DNA of 57,970 nucleotides from a virus: IMG/VR virus record IMGVR_UViG_3300045988_094645; one strand, 5' to 3'. Shown piece by piece: positions 57,471 to 57,970 of this stretch (position 1 is its first letter; each line of letters starts with the position of its first letter). The notes under the pieces were generated by a model. It saw only the letters and a program-made list of their open reading frames with translations, ran no database searches and was not told where the DNA came from. The position numbers and the translations under genes were made by a program.

Positions 57471-57809
57471 CTAATAAATACATAGGTCGATTTGTCGAAA
57501 TATACTATCACAATATTCTAGTGCTTTATTATGATAGTCATTTCTCTTTGCAAGGGTTTCTTTGTCTTTCAAGTTTATCTTACATGCCTCATAACAGCAA
57601 GCATGTAAGCCCTTTCCGCACTTAATTATATCGTACCCGAACGCTTGAAGAGGTTGACCCTCTCCAAGCAGTCCAGGCTTACAAATTTGTTTTCCATCCT
57701 TATCATATTCTCTAGGACGAGTTAAGACTAAAATATATCCCATTAAGTCGCGTGCTTTATAAAGACAATCTTGCTTTGATATGTGTCTATCTTTTACTTT
57801 TACAGACAT
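57471..57809 (-). CDS. candidate accessory variability determinant (Avd)-like small protein (112 aa), assigned by position between VR and TR
   Basis: supplied ORF; the canonical order target-VR/avd/TR/RT is reproduced on the minus strand; no family match could be confirmed by eye. Confidence 0.35.
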   Translation of the reverse strand: MSVKVKDRHISKQDCLYKARDLMGYILVLTRPREYDKDGKQICKPGLLGEGQPLQAFGYDIIKCGKGLHACCYEACKINLKDKETLAKRNDYHNKALEYCDSIFRQIDLCIY

Positions 57810-57904
57810 TTAAAATCTCCCTCACTTGAATATATAAAATTTTAGTTGGACAATTTAATCTTAACTGTCCCGAATTGTTATTTTATTGTGTTATCCGATA
57901 ACGA

Positions 57905-57970
57905 AAGCCGGCGCGAGCCCGTTGCTGTCGTAGTAGCCGTCGGAGGTCGCAGACCCCTCGGCGCGGACAA
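57905..57970 (-). repeat. DGR variable repeat (VR), partial and truncated by the window end; 3' end carries a GC-rich IMH-like element (GCCGGCGCGAGCCCG) and a GTTATC-C-GATAAC palindrome just downstream (57890-57902)
   Basis: see TR evidence; VR has C/G/A where TR has T (plus strand); the target gene must lie on the minus strand beyond 57970. Confidence 0.65.

Noticed and set aside
1-57970. Integrase/att sites and CRISPR array
   Set aside because: No tyrosine- or serine-recombinase-like ORF was seen, and no regularly spaced direct-repeat array. Either the element is not integrated or the lysogeny module lies outside the window.

Overview
This window looks like most of a low-GC (~35-40%) tailed dsDNA phage or phage-plasmid genome from a Firmicutes-like host, with canonical TTGACA/TATAAT promoters and GGAGG RBSs. 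The main point is that TAG does not act as a stop codon here. Conserved proteins read straight through in-frame TAGs: terminase large subunit, portal, an ~2,900-aa tape measure protein, a DGR reverse transcriptase, an HNH NUMOD4 domain, and FolD. In FolD a TAG sits at the conserved Gln of the ...PASQIYV motif, so the element uses amber-to-Gln recoding. The supplied six-frame ORFs are therefore mostly fragments of longer genes. Layout: (i) 1-2,200 holds a lipoprotein, an RHH protein, a winged-helix Rep-like initiator and a 27-bp palindromic iteron array. (ii) 2,300-3,660 is non-coding and rich in CCGATCGG palindromes. (iii) 3,669-16,092 is a minus-strand early/accessory region of moron-like units, each with its own near-consensus sigma-70 promoter and intrinsic terminator. 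It encodes HNH and GIY-YIG nucleases, a DEDDh exonuclease, a HAD nucleotidase, an AbrB-like regulator, a Pth2-PARG-like operon and FolD. (iv) 16,160-54,513 is a plus-strand late operon: small proteins, TerL, a Vsr-like nuclease, portal, scaffold, capsid, connectors, major tail, chaperone, giant TMP, fibers and baseplate. Highly expressed genes in it avoid TAG while others are TAG-dense. (v) 54,558-57,970 is a minus-strand block ending in a diversity-generating retroelement: an RT with recoded TAGs, an AAC-rich TR, a candidate Avd, and a VR truncated by the window end. The DGR target gene lies beyond the window. No integrase, CRISPR array, tRNA or lysis cassette could be seen. Recoded gene ends were placed by manual frame tracing and may be off by a few nucleotides.
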